From positions 1 through 32,552 of the forward strand of contig NKIB01000439.1 in NCBI GenBank assembly GCA_002256025.1: a stretch of DNA of 32,552 nucleotides. Direction: 5' to 3'. The translations under genes and the position numbers were made by a program. Positions 12,806 to 25,585 of this stretch are shown here, piece after piece. Within the stretch, counting starts at the first letter, position 1. Each line of letters begins with the position of its first letter. This DNA comes from Asterionella formosa (taxonomy: Eukaryota). The notes under the pieces were generated by a model. The model searched no databases and was not told the origin of the DNA. It saw only the letters and a list, made by a program, of their open reading frames with translations.

Positions 12806-13055
12806 GAGATTCGGTAGCACGAGATGTCTGATTTGATTGTGCGGCTGTAAATATACATCGCCCTCCATGGTGAGAGGGGTACTTACCAGTGCTAGTAGGA
12901 TCACTGTGATAGTATTAGCTGAGTTTCTTTTGTTTACATTTGGATGATTTGACAAAATTGTGTGGATTGTAATTTTACTGCTATATCTAGAAATTAATTT
13001 TATGTTTCTATATTCTGTGCGGTTAAACAGTCAATGTTTCCCTTTCTATTGTTTT

Positions 13056-13161
13056 AATACTCTTCATGCATGCCTCCCGCCTCCCTTCAATGCTCTTGAG
13101 GATGCATGCCACCCGCCTCCCCTCAATGCTCTTGAAGATACATGCCTCCTGCCTCCCTTTC
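13056..13161. repeat. Minisatellite, 3 copies of 33-36 bp
   Basis: The unit aat(g/a)ctctt…atgcatgcc(t/a)cccgcctccc is repeated three times. Confidence 0.85.
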
Positions 13162-13559
13162 ACTCTACTTCTGACACTTGTCTGACTGCTTTCTATAACT
13201 CCCCTTTCCTTTTGATCCGATTCTGAATTTGCATGCGCTGCCTATTCTGTTGTTTTATTCAATTTTAATTAATAATCAAGTTAACAATGACAAGGAATTA
13301 CCCATTAGCCATGTTTTATTTACACCTCAACACTGCAGTCCCATTTTATCATGCTTCACTTACCAGATATCGATGACGAACTTTTTACATAATTCTATAA
13401 AATGATGTGCCAGTCGAATATTGCGAAAGTACACATCAATGAATTTTTTCACCAATGTCATTTATAACTTACAACAAAACTGTTTGATTAAAATTATCCT
13501 GAAAGAAAAAAAGCATTCATGTGTATGTCATGTTCTAACAGTTGTGCATTGATCCGACA

Positions 13560-14174
13560 AGCGCAACTACCAATTTTTGTCGACATTGGTGGTTTCCCAC
13601 CAAATGCAAAATGATATGTTGAATCACTTGGGAAGGAAGCAATCATTTAGTCTTTGTGAACCCAACCATCAATCATCCTGGCATGTGCCCTTGACATACC
13701 ATAGCTAGATTCCATGACAATGGCTATTGCAATGACTGATCCATGTCAGGAAGAAATATACCAGACACTCAAAGTGCATGAACAAGGAGATTGGGCTGAC
13801 AAGAAAGGATGCAAATGATTTCCAATGATGGTGGAACAATCTAACTGGTATGGACCGCTTGTCTGTCCTCAATATGCTGCAACTCACCATTAGTTACAAT
13901 GTGGGCTGGTATCAAAAATCAATAAGTGGACATGCTTTTTGCATTGGTTGCTACATAAGGACACACTAGACTATCGAGTGAAATCTTAAGTCTGCTGTAC
14001 TGTGTGCAATTGAGCTACCTGGTACAAGAAACCAATCAAGGAGCATCTTTGCCCCAAGAATCACATAACTGGTAGTTCGAAGTCAATGGAACCGATGCTG
14101 GTGTTAAAATGATGATTGATGCAATTGCTCAGTACAATGTCATCTGCTCTACAATCATCTGTGATGATTCTACT
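13560..14174 (+). pseudogene. Decayed, 3'-truncated DDE transposase of the PF20700 'Mutator-like' (Kolobok-related) type
   Basis: The plus strand gives LTISY(N)VGW…SGHAFCIG…KS*VCCTVC…EHLCPKNH.TGSSKSMEP…IICDD(D)ST, the typical ..S.D..W…G…SK.C..C…H.C..N..GSS..ME…GD.DS pattern, with stops and frameshifts. Confidence 0.75.
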
Positions 14175-14520
14175 TTTAGAGCCATTTCCAAATGGTTCTA
14201 TTAGGAGTTATTGAATCTACAGTCTGAGTTTCAATGACCCAGAACATTGAAAAGAATGAATAAAGCCGAGAAAGGATGTCTTCATTTGACTTATACCAGA
14301 ACCTAAAATTCTTTCTGATCCATCTCAACGAATATGGGTCATTCTCCACCCTCTGTTTTTGAAATCCAATGACCTGGTCTCTCTTGAACATCCTTCTTCA
14401 AAAGCATAATATCTCCAGTGGAGAGTTTACTATAAAGTGTAAATGATGATATTGCTTTTCACTAAAACAATTTCTCTATTGCTTCAATCTGATAGAATCT
14501 GACATGATAGACTTACTTCA

Positions 14521-17500
14521 CTACCTATACGCAGGTGCATCTTGATTACCCTTGTTCGAATATTCCAGTTCAGAGCCAGGTAATAGTGGAGGAGGTCGAT
14601 TTCCTGTCTGCTGTGGATGGTACCAACGAGGGTCAAAATAACCAGGCTCCCGCTCATCACGTCGCAAGTTGGGCAATGGACACTGCTGATCCGTGTTGGG
14701 ATATCCTTGCGTAGGATGCCTAATCTGAGAGTATCCAGGTGGATACATATTGTATCCACTATGAGGTGAATGTAAAGGCATTGTGAGCAAGTCAAAATGA
14801 GAACTGACTGGGCTTGGACCTGGGTATGAAACATATCCCCCCTCGCGAGGAGTCAACGGCCCTTGAGGTGGTCTACCACTCTCAGTATAAGTGGTTGGTG
14901 GTGGCATGGAAGGGAAAGCCGTCTGCTGCGATGGCGAGTGCATAGTATGATCGCGATCATGATTTGGAGTTGCACCTTGGGGGCGAGCCACAGAAATACT
15001 TCGAGGTGGCAAAAACGAGGTTTTGTCATCACCTTGTGATGACGAACGGTCGGGCGTCGACCGCGGCTTCAAAGAGGTGATAGGACTCCGCTTACGCTGG
15101 ACTGGCGGAGGAGAAGCAGCTTCTTCTGACGTGCGCTTGCGGCTTGGCACTCGGTCCAAAGGCATTTGATCTTTTGCTGACAGAGCCTTTAGAAAATTCT
15201 GGCTTTTCTCCTGCTGCCTCGAAGGAGGTCGAACAGGAGCCTGACTGTAGACGGGATGCTCCAACAACTGCGGCTGTATCCATTGATTCTCTTTATAACT
15301 TTCATTGGGACGCCCTGGTGGCTGTTGCCAGGAATCACTGTAGGGAGATGGACCAAAATGTGCCGCAAATCTTTGTTCAGGATGAGAAGCCCATCCTTTC
15401 GGGTATGATGGATAATAGCCGAAGTGTGGATCAGCTGGTCCTCCCGGAGGCATCTGCTCCATGGTATGAGAAATTCTAGAGGGATAAAGGGCGTACGACG
15501 GTTGCACATCACCCGTAGGCCCCGAATAAGGCGGAAGGACCCCTGGGTGTGATGAGGGACCCTGGGACGAAGAGATGTCTCCATTTGAAGCCTGCAAAGG
15601 ATCACGAGCGTGAACTACCTCTAGGTCTTCCTTTTGACTATCATCTCGTCGACTTGGTGTTGAAGATCTTGATTTTCGTACATGCTTTCGACTACCAACA
15701 CTTGCAGCTCGTTGCCCATGCCCACTTGAGTCATATCGAACAAGATAGACATTGATTGGACCACCATCACGACCTCCCTCATCTCGACTCTTGCTACTCA
15801 AGTAAATCTCGAATCGTCTCATACCGGAATCCATTCCTTGGTCTGGATCAGGAACCTCAAGTGATGTTCCCGAAGGTGCTCGAATACCGATTACAGTATC
15901 CTTACTGTACATGGGAATTCTAGTAATGTCACGAAATCTCACATTCATTAATCGATTCAAGTTTTCAGATGGTGTGTCGTACCCGGGACGGGCCTCTTGT
16001 TGAGGGATGGTGTATAATTCATTTTGACGAGTGAGAATTTCCATATAATGGTCCAAGAGCGACTCGTGTTCGCGAACGGATTGTAACTGCCTTCGCATGC
16101 TCTCCATAACAACAGATGGTCCATCTACTGCTGCTGTTTTAGTAATTCTAGGAGGACTTCCGATTTCATATGAATCACTCTCAGAATCATTGAGATCCTG
16201 GTGGGAAAAGGATGTCGGAGGGCTGTCGTTCCAAGAAACTTGATTCTTACTTGACTTGCGAATCAATTCAATACCTTCTAAAACGTTGGTGATATCATAC
16301 ACACGCCGTTTCTGCACGCCTAACTCTTGCGCCGCCACATTCAAGTCGAGAGCATTGTCCGGCGTTGCCCGCAATAATGAAACAAATTTCTTTGTTAATA
16401 ATCCCAGTGATGAATCAGCTCTCGACGCATTCGACAGCGAAATCGGTGATCCCATTCTGTCCTGCGAAAGGGGACTACCAGAAAAGTGCCGACCCGACGA
16501 CACTGAATAATCTTCCCTTGGTGAAGACGCTATGGTTGAAGGTGTCAAGTCTGAACCGAGAGAGAATCAGAAACAATTTACGGAGCAAAAATCGTAGAGT
16601 TTCGGGCGAGTTGGTCAATGCGACAGGTACGGGCGATGACATCCCAGCAGAGTTTTTGTTTTCATAGAAACGGATGAACGAAATGTGCGCAGCAGCAGCG
16701 AGTGTTGGTTGTTCCAAGGTAGGATAACAAAATGGGCCAAGGATGTCAAAACGAGGCATGTCACCGTTGGGCCACCGCATTGTCGTAAGCGAAAACCACG
16801 ATAGGGAGAGGGTTTGTAATTTTATTAACAGATGACATTTTCGAGTGGTGGGTATGTCGCGAAAGGAAGAAAAATCATTTTGTGAGTCATAATCATGAAA
16901 TAATTGACAAAGGTGCAAAAGAGGTTACAAAGAAACGGAAAACAAACAAGAAGTCGATCGTCGTGAGATCCGTTGAAGCTCCAATTGTCGGAATGATGAC
17001 GCCTCCCTCACGAGAAAGGGTTTAATTGTAAATTTTGGAAGGGGACGACAAGACTTGGCCAAAAATATTGGATCCTGTAATAGCCAATACGGCTATACCT
17101 CCACGAATAAAAGTCGATGGTATGCTTTCCTTCGCCGTGAAGGTTGTATACATCCGACATCCAAGCGATAGCAGGGCGGGAAAACATTATGAAGATCCTC
17201 AAAGCTGAATATGTCAAGTCAAAGGTCGACGTCACCAAAAATCATCAACGGAAAGACTAGCGTCTAAAAGGGATACTTCAATATATATACATATCGACCA
17301 TGAATATAATACATACCTTGGTTCTTCCCCGTTTTGGAGGGAGAAATTGAGCTGCTCGACATGGCGGACCCAGGCGTCAAAACCGTTCGTTTCCTCATGC
17401 TTGATGTGGGAGGGCTCGTCATTCCAGGAGGCATAAAGCTCCTTGAATCAGGTGTGACTGCATTTGCTGCTGAACGGGCTGAAATAAGCTGCGGCGGTCC

Positions 17501-17761
17501 ATATTGATGTGGAGGAACATTTCGTGCTTGTGGATAACCATGTATCGCTGGATTTCGATGGCCGGGAGACATCCTTGGCCGCCTGTGGGGCGATGATCTC
17601 GCTTGTATTGTTGAATATTGATTCTGTTGTACACCAGAGTGTGGCATCTGCTGCTGTTGAAGCGGGCTCGATAATTCTTCTTGATGTTGGATTGCCCTAG
17701 AGTCACTTTGCGTTGGGTCTAATTTCTCCTCGTCGTCGGCAGTACCCTTCAGTGATGCCAT
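14521..17761 (-). CDS. E2F: E2F-family transcription factor, about 824 aa. Exons 17761-17317 and 16550-14521; intron 16551-17316
   Basis: Winged-helix [17 protein letters not shown]…[27 protein letters not shown], then coiled coil and marked box ([17 protein letters not shown]…GPINVYLV). Phase-1 splice CAA G|GTATGT…TTCAG|AC TTG gives NQDLTPS. Confidence 0.93.
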
Positions 17762-18702
17762 TTGATGTTGTTTTCTTTGTCGCTTCCCTGATTTTGCGGA
17801 AATTAGTGAAAGGTTCCCGATGCTTGTTCAGCTGTCTTAATCATGTTGTAATAGAGTATGTGGCAGTATCAGTGATTACAAAAGATGGCAAGCGTATGGG
17901 TGTTGATCTCTTTTATTGTACTCACTTTATGTACAGCATCGAGTACCATGGTACCTGGTAGGAGTTCTAGGTACCTGGTAGTAGGGCCCTATGTAAGCCA
18001 CAGGTATTGCGCGTGCAGGGTGCTGCTTCGGCGTGATTTTGGGAGCCTTCAATAAAATTTCATTAACCCTTTAAAAAGAACGCAAATTGAGGAGTGGTAA
18101 ACAAGTTCCTCCAGCAATTGCTTACTAGGTATTTGTTTGGTTCTGCCTTGTTGTGATTAAGAGCACTACCGGTAGTATAAGAACGCAAAAACTGCTCTTC
18201 AAACAGGCATCTGGTACTTCTGTACAGAGCAAGTTGCTGTAGAAAGGAGATTTAGCTTATTCTCCCTTAAGTAAACACCGTCTTTTACCGGAACGAACTC
18301 CACTATCTTGTTCTCAATCAGGAGGTGGTACCAGGTACATAATGGTAACCTTTATAGTACTCGGAGTACCTGCTACCACTAACGGAGAACCTGGTACCTG
18401 GTAGTACGTTCATGGTATTTTTGATGTCCTCGGTTTGCACCAGCCAATCTCATTCAGCACAAGAAAGCGGCGCGAGCAAGGCATGAAGAGCAGGCGATAT
18501 TGGAAGTTTAAAACGATTTATTCCATGTCCGTACATTAATATGTATATACCACAGCAACGAAAATGCAGGTTTTTTTTTGCTAAACCACACGTAGTCCAC
18601 AAGAAGCTGCCTGACGGTATTCCAGTACTGTACCTGGTACCTGGTGTATCTCAAAATAACTGGGACAGAGTCCAAGGTACCAGGTACCAGCACCAGCCAT
18701 GG

Positions 18703-18942
18703 TGAGTGCTCTCGCGCATCAATACAGATGTATATAGGGTTAATGTTATATCATATATCTCAGAACTCAATAATCAGAAAACTCGACTACCGGTAATCCT
18801 TATTGTATACTTTGGTGACAACTTAGAGAATGAGTTGCACACAACGAATAACTAATAAGCTCATATATTCAACAAATACTACTACTTCTAGTTAGATACT
18901 TCACTTTGAATTCAAAAAGAGTCCAATTAGAATTAATAATCA
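18703..18942 (+). mobile_element. Ty3/Gypsy LTR copy A (solo or 5' LTR)
   Basis: TGAG…CA block colinear with 26341-26535 and 26565-26799 (cgcatc.atacagatgtatatagggtta…actaataagctca.atattcaacaa). The copy at 26341 follows an integrase and PPT. No clear PBS after copy A. Confidence 0.75.
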
Positions 18943-18959
18943 TGTTGATTTACTGTCCT

Positions 18960-19515
18960 CTCAAGTTGTTCCAGTGGTCCCATTGATGAAGGATAACAAA
19001 ATATTTAACATCAAGATTCAGAACTCTTTGTATCTCCCTACCAGGTCGATGTTTGGAGTCTTTCAAAGAAGATATGATCAATAAGCACTCAGTGGAAGCT
19101 TGTTGATTGATTTCAGTAAATCCTGTGCATGATAAGGCTAACACATTTATCTTCAGTCTAGCAGACTCCTTGCTTGTTCTCCTAATGCTACAGAATATGC
19201 CTTGTAGATATCGCCTTGTCTGACTGGATGAGTGTTGCAATACACCCAGATGCTCAGTCCTTTGACAGTCTCAACAAAATCATGGTAAGGTGGCTGGAGC
19301 ATTATTGTACTCATGATATGTTTCTTTGAGAGTCAGCATCAGTGGATGTGGATTTCCTGATAATACTCGATAAAGCTGTTAACGTGCTGTTGATAAATGT
19401 CACTGCCTGTCTCAAGACCTTAAAGAAGTTCCTAAAACTCATGATGCCTCATCCAGAAGATCAAGAGGTCTCCGCCAAGGAAGATTTGAGACTGATTGTC
19501 ATTTTGCTTTATTGA
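18960..19515 (+). pseudogene. Decayed ORF of unknown family, paralogous to 26803-27130
   Basis: VPVVPLMKD…EDMINKHSVEA…FSLAD…CLVDIALSDWMSV…QSFDS aligns with IPVIPLIKD…QDMIHGSSVEA…FSPAD…CLTDIAFSNWLNV…QSYDS, with many third-position synonymous differences. Confidence 0.7.
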
Positions 19516-21852
19516 CAATGTGTGGCAACAAGTGTTTGAATGTAACAATGCTAAGAACACAAAATAATACATTTGCTTGGTTTTGACTTACTTCGAGAGT
19601 CAACAATCATTCAAAGATCAACTCAAGTACATCCTCAAGCATGAGTTCTATTACAATAAGTCGAAATCGACTTCGCATCGCTTGTTGAAGGAAATCGTGA
19701 TAATGTCGAGAGAACGCGCGTGCCTGTTGTCAATTTTCCAACACAAAATCGTCTATAAATAGTTGAAGTTGAAGACAATCCCGTTTTGCATCAAGAAAAC
19801 AAGCTTGAATAGTGTCAATTTTAACAAAAGATCGTCTTTGCATTGCTGAATGCAGTCGGGTGATGCATCAAGAAAACAACCATTACAAGCGTTAATTTGT
19901 CCATGATAGTTTTAACTAAGTGGCAATGGCAGGACACATGCATTTTAATGCAGCCGGACACGCATGGGATAGTGAAACAACTGTCAAACATAAGGCCCAT
20001 CGAGTTAACATTACTAACACTACTAGCCCTGTTCCTCAGGCGTGGAAATTCTATGCAGAGCGAATTATCATACTGACACAGCTAACCATATTCATGTTTT
20101 TTCTTCCATGCATGTTTTAGAAAAATCCATGGTTTAACCCTTTGATGATGTCTGGTTAGGGTAGTGTGCCGAAGGCGACACCTGCCGAATTTGGTGGTCT
20201 TGAACCCTCCTCTTGGTCAGCTAGCAGCCATTGTGCCTAAAAACCAGCAGAATGGCTGCTGAACAGATCGCCTTACAGAAGAATGTGCGACAATAGCAAT
20301 GCTATGATTTTTTAAATATATGTATATATATATATTTATTTATGATGGCACATTGAATATGTCTTACGTCAATCATTACCTGGATAACATTTGTTATTTA
20401 CAGGATAATTACAGGCTGTATATCGCCGCTATTGAAACGTTGGATATTTTAAAATTTTTAAGGTAGATTCAATTTATCATCCCATACGCACATCTCAAGG
20501 CCTGATTCTGGTCTCATTTCTTTCTTTACCTAAGAATGCATAAGCTTCATTGCTTTTCATTCACATTTTATTAACAACCCAAGGATTGGTGGCTGCTGTG
20601 TTTATACGACATTGACATGCATAAGATGAATGTTTATTTGATCTCGGTGGGTCCTGATCTTTAACTTATGAATGGATTGCAGTTCAGGACATTTCGTTGT
20701 CCATCGAACATTTATAACTAATATATACCATGCATAGCAGGTATGATCTTTTCTTCCTTTGCCAGTACTCTTTCATAAAACATGATGCTCCCAAAATTTA
20801 ATCCGTCAGCTTGTATCCTGCAACGAAAGTACCTGGTCTTATTACATTCTGCGATTTTGCATATTTGTCCAGCTGGTTAAATTATGATGGATTTGTACAA
20901 AATACGATGTCCTGCATGGTGGATATATCATTGTTTTTTAGGCATGTCATTGATTCCTATAATGATACAGAACATTTACGTAATGGGTTGTTATATGTTG
21001 ATCCACCTATCAAGGATTATGTTTACACATGGAACATTATAGATGCTAACTATACAGATATGAAAAGCTGCTGTCTGCAAATAAAAACTTTAATATTTCC
21101 ATTATGCATCATAGTAGGATTGTGATCATCTGATCATAATTTTTCGTTATATCATCTAATAATCTTGATAAATGCCCTTGTAATTTAAATAGTAACCCTT
21201 TTGACTACATATATTAAATTTTTATATGTATTGTTTCTATTAGATTCCTGTATTTGAATTTCTTGGTAGGATAATGTACCAGCTAAAGTGATGTAATTTG
21301 GCACATCATTTCCATCCGTCATCACTCCGATTTTTGCAATAACAACGAAATACTATCAATGACAAGTGGAATGATTGTGTGCAATAACATCTTCAATTGT
21401 TGGTCAAGTGATCATTATATCTTTGAGTAATCGTCATGTGCAGTGAACCTATGTTCAAAATCATTCAATTAAGAGTTTACAGAGAAGAAATCATTCGAAC
21501 TTGTAATGGTTCCGCACACAGCGCACATAGTAAATCCGTTTCGTCAACCACCAGCATTAAAATCTCGCCAAGGAACCCGTAAACAAAAGCATTCTACTTG
21601 TTCTTGTTGACATTTTCAATTCTCACATGATACTACATCTACTATTGCTGAGATTCAGAATAGAAGGAGATACGAAAATGTAACAGACACTATCCACATA
21701 GTTATAGTTATAGAATGATTCTGATTAACATTTCTTTTTCATATCGCTCGTTTCTGCATTTGGCATGCTGTACTTGTATTTTCTATTGAACTTGTCCGCA
21801 TCTTTGATGCCATCAAGAGAGCGAAAGCAAGTGGCTAAATTCTAAAAAATAG

Positions 21853-23340
21853 GTGGAGGAGGAAAGTGATTTGTCCCATTTATGTAGTAAAGAAATGGAA
21901 ATATTGAAACAGGACATGGTCGCCAGTCTGGATGTAATTCATGACTACTTACCAAAGATTTCCGAAACTGTTGCAGTCACTGGGACAGTAATTGAGCAGG
22001 TCAAGGAGATAAGTGATTTATCCTGTAATGATAAATCATTATTGAAATTATTTGATGAAGGAATTCATAAATATTTATGCAAAAGAGCGAGGAGAAGTGA
22101 AGAAACACATCAATTACTTGTATCGAAAAAATCGATAAAGGGGAAGGTTGCAGCTGCTGTTTCGGGATATGGCGAAGAATTGGAATGTTTCAATGATCAC
22201 CTTTATGCTGTTTCACTCTTTTTTCTGGAAAGCAGACATGTCCTGCCCATTCTGCGTGAATTTCCAAGTATTTGATTCACCTTTCCGGTTCCCACTTCCG
22301 TTGGGTCCGGAGTCACATAAGCTTTACTAAAATACATACTCTCGCTCCCCCTCAGAAGTACGTCAATATTGCAGGAATGAGTATTCTCTTAAATCGTCAG
22401 AGAAGCAGTACAGGGACAATCGTATTGAACTGGACAATTGTGCATATTGGGATATTGAAATTGTGACCGCCATTGTGAAGGTCATTGTTCATGAACTGCA
22501 TCCCTCAAACATTCATGTAATTGTTGAATCTCAAGACAGAAATGGCTGGAATACTGAACGTCCTTATTTCTCTAACAGTTTATATCTCCAAACCTCTATT
22601 GAATTCCTTATTGTGATTTATTTACAAACACGACATCATCAACATAATGTTCTATATTGTTTTGATCTAAATGAAGGAAACGTTGAAGTACGTGATCCTG
22701 AACATGAAGTTTTTTTGAAAAGTCATTAGAAATGCATTCACAAGATTGCACGCAAATATCGTATTTGCCCTGGTGTAGATATTATCAAAGAAATTATTCC
22801 CTCCAAAGCTATGGTCAACTTCAAAACCGAGTCGGAAAATGGAAATCTGGCATGAAGAAGGCTCGATCAGAATGTCGAGAGAGTTTTCTGAAAACATTCA
22901 GTGAGATACCAAAAATCCGAGGTTACACCGATGGGGAACCTCAATTGAAGGTGGGCGGTGGTTTCCGTGGGAAAGGCCCTCTGAAATGTTTTATAGCAAA
23001 ACATTCAAATTCAAAGATTTTCCAACCAACCAAGGATGGTGGATGGCTGGTCCTGGTCATGTGGTCCCTTTACAATGGTGAAGTTTATGGAATTACTACT
23101 ACAACTACGATACAGTGGAGAAACTAATTTTATGGGGAAACGAAGTGAGTCACGTTTAACAAAGGATGGTTGGGATAATGGTGCACAGAAGCTTGTTCCT
23201 CTTTTCTTCTTTATCAATACCAGCACCAACAATATTAGTAAAAATACAGGGATCCTTTGAAACGCCCCTATAACGGAGAAGTTTATCAACATCATTGGAC
23301 TCATTTCGACAACAATTGTTGCTGTACAACATTGGAATCA
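21853..23340 (+). pseudogene. Decayed TE-associated gene with Ulp1-like (C48/clan CE) cysteine protease domain
   Basis: Motifs YWDIEIVTAIVKVIVHELH, FLIVIY…H.HNVLYCFDLNEGNVEVRD (His/Asp) and DGWSWSCGPFTMVKFMEL (Cys), interrupted by stops. Confidence 0.55.
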
Positions 23341-24384
23341 GCTATTGATTGAATAAAGGTTCTGGTACCCTCATAAATATTTTACACTTCTTCAGAGTGG
23401 CGAGAACATATGTGTGGGAAAAGATACACTACATATATATAAGCTATTTAAATATAGCGGTCACTTTGTGGAAAGCATATGTGTGGCAATGGGGTTAGGC
23501 TGTCCTATGTAGTGCCTCTGATGTTGCCGATAAAGAGATTTCTTAAAACAATGGGATAGTACAATGTTATTAAGCAAAGTTACGATTGTTATTTCGAACC
23601 CCCTGCTATTCAAGGTTCATGTGATGCTACTATTTCCTGAATGAAATGAAGCTACTTCCTGATTAGTGATGTTGCAGCTCTAATTCTGCAGCATACAAAC
23701 GTGCTCGCCAATAGCTAGTCAATGAGAATGGAAGACCCATGGCTAATTAAGGCCATGAGCAACAAACTGCGCCGCCATCTGGTCCATCTTCACTTTGATC
23801 CACATCTCATCTTGAAGAACAGATTCGAAATACGGATCTATGTTCGCAACAGGCGAATTATGATCAAAAGGTATTATCTTCTTGATTTCGGTTGGAATTG
23901 GAATCGGGTATGGCCTTCAATGCATCGTTCTCCAATTCTGTAATATAAATTGACCAAAGCTTTTGATTTCCAGTAACAAACAAGCAGTCAAACTTCGCCA
24001 GCATTATTCCCCATAACTATCGAGACCATATCATTCGTTATAAGACTGAGATCATCGTTGTCCCCGCAAGAAGGTAGCTTGTAAGGGATTCAAAGAACGC
24101 ACATGGCTTGTAAGAAATTCGATTACTGATATGCGAATGGAGAGATAATGACGAATACTACCGGTACAAGAATTGGATCAAAGCATGTACCGGTAGAGCA
24201 TTAAAATCGGAATGGCAACAAGGAACGAACTGTCGTTGTTGCACAGAATTCATTCTAAAAGCATCGTTGGGTATAAGGTTTACATACATGTAAGGTGATC
24301 TGTGTAAAGTCATAACCTTTGCTAAAACAATAATTGATCAAAGAGAAACAGCTATTGATCAAACAAATAACATATCAATATATA

Positions 24385-24735
24385 AAAACATTTGGTTAGC
24401 ATATTAGTTTTGATAACTAATATATATGACTTCTATCTACTATGCGTAACCTGACGTGTGTAAGAAGGTAAACTGACAAACAAATTTGATTGACCACACC
24501 GACATGGTCATTGATATATCAAAATTATCATCAACATAACACAACATTTGATTAATACATCAACAATTTTGGTTAACCGATTAGATTTGGTAACTAATAA
24601 ATACGAGTTTTTATACCTGCATAACCTACTAACGTGTGGATGCTAGTAACCTAACGAACAAATTTGATTGATCATACAGACACGGCCGTTGATATATCAA
24701 AATTATCATCAACATGTCAAAATATTTGAATAATC
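24385..24735. repeat. Two-copy tandem duplication, about 178 bp
   Basis: acaaatttgattga…ttgatatatcaaaattatcatcaacat occurs near 24480 and 24658. Confidence 0.85.
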
Positions 24736-25159
24736 AATCAGTTTCTTTAACATATGCTGAATGAAACGTTATATCTAATGGAAAATCTATTCACAGACGA
24801 TTCCATATGAAATCGGCAAGCTCTGGGTCACTCTCCACTTCTTTGCCTAGCTAACTCCGGTTTCACTGTGGATAGCCGAGTTAGGCAGGTCAACATTGGG
24901 CAAACCAATCCTGTTTCTGATTGGAAATGGCTTTCATACTACTTGGACCAGATAGGCAGGGCGGGATGTCTGATTCTCTTTTGGGACCAGAAAAAAGCAC
25001 ATTAGATTGATATTCTGTTTTACAGTACCTGCAATTCACGATCAAACTTACATGTTCACAGCAAAACTTCTTGGTCTTGAAAATAAAACTCAAAACCTTT
25101 GTGACAATTGATGGTTCAAATTTAGCAAAGCGGTAAGCAGGAACGACGTTCTGATAAGG

Positions 25160-25585
25160 CTGATGCTTTACTGTCCCACTGTAGTAGCAACAGTCCAGAA
25201 CATATGGTGTTCTGTTGCTCGCTTACTACTTCGACTACCCTCTTTTATTTTATGGTCATACGATCCTAAAACTATGATAATTTACTGTCCCGCTACAGTA
25301 TCAACAGTCATGAACATATGGTGTTCTGTTGCTTGCTTACTTACTTCTCTGACTATCCTTTTTCAATCATATGATCATACAATCCTGAAAGTATGATGAT
25401 TTACTGCCCCGCTGCAGTAGCAGCAGTCATGAACATATGGTGCTCTGTTGCTTGCTTACTACTCCGACTATCCTTTTTTAATTTAATGATCATACGATCT
25501 TAAATCTATGATGATTTACTGTCCCACTGCAGTAGCAACAGTCCTGAACATATGGTGTTCTGTTGCTCGCTTGCTACCCTGACTA
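25160..25585. repeat. Tandem repeat, about 3.6 copies of a 114-118-bp unit
   Basis: tttactg(t/c)ccc.ct..agta.ca.cagtc..gaacatatggtg.tctgttgct.gctt occurs near 25167, 25281, 25399 and 25515. Confidence 0.92.

Noticed and set aside
16475..17238. ORFs 16475-16918 and 17008-17238 as separate genes or E2F exons
   Set aside because: They start at non-ATG codons, lie mostly in the intron and have no motifs; exon 1 joins exon 2 in frame without them.
17762..18500. E2F autoregulatory sites upstream of E2F
   Set aside because: Only partial matches (e.g. TTTCCGC on the minus strand near 17797); I saw no canonical TTTSSCGC.
20400..21125. Third protease-like relic (WWLLCLYDID…) or gene at 20811-21125
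   Set aside because: No catalytic Cys motif found and many stops; too weak to call.
25160..25585. CRISPR-like array (hairpin repeat plus variable part)
   Set aside because: The would-be spacers are homologous to one another, there are no cas genes, and the context is eukaryotic.
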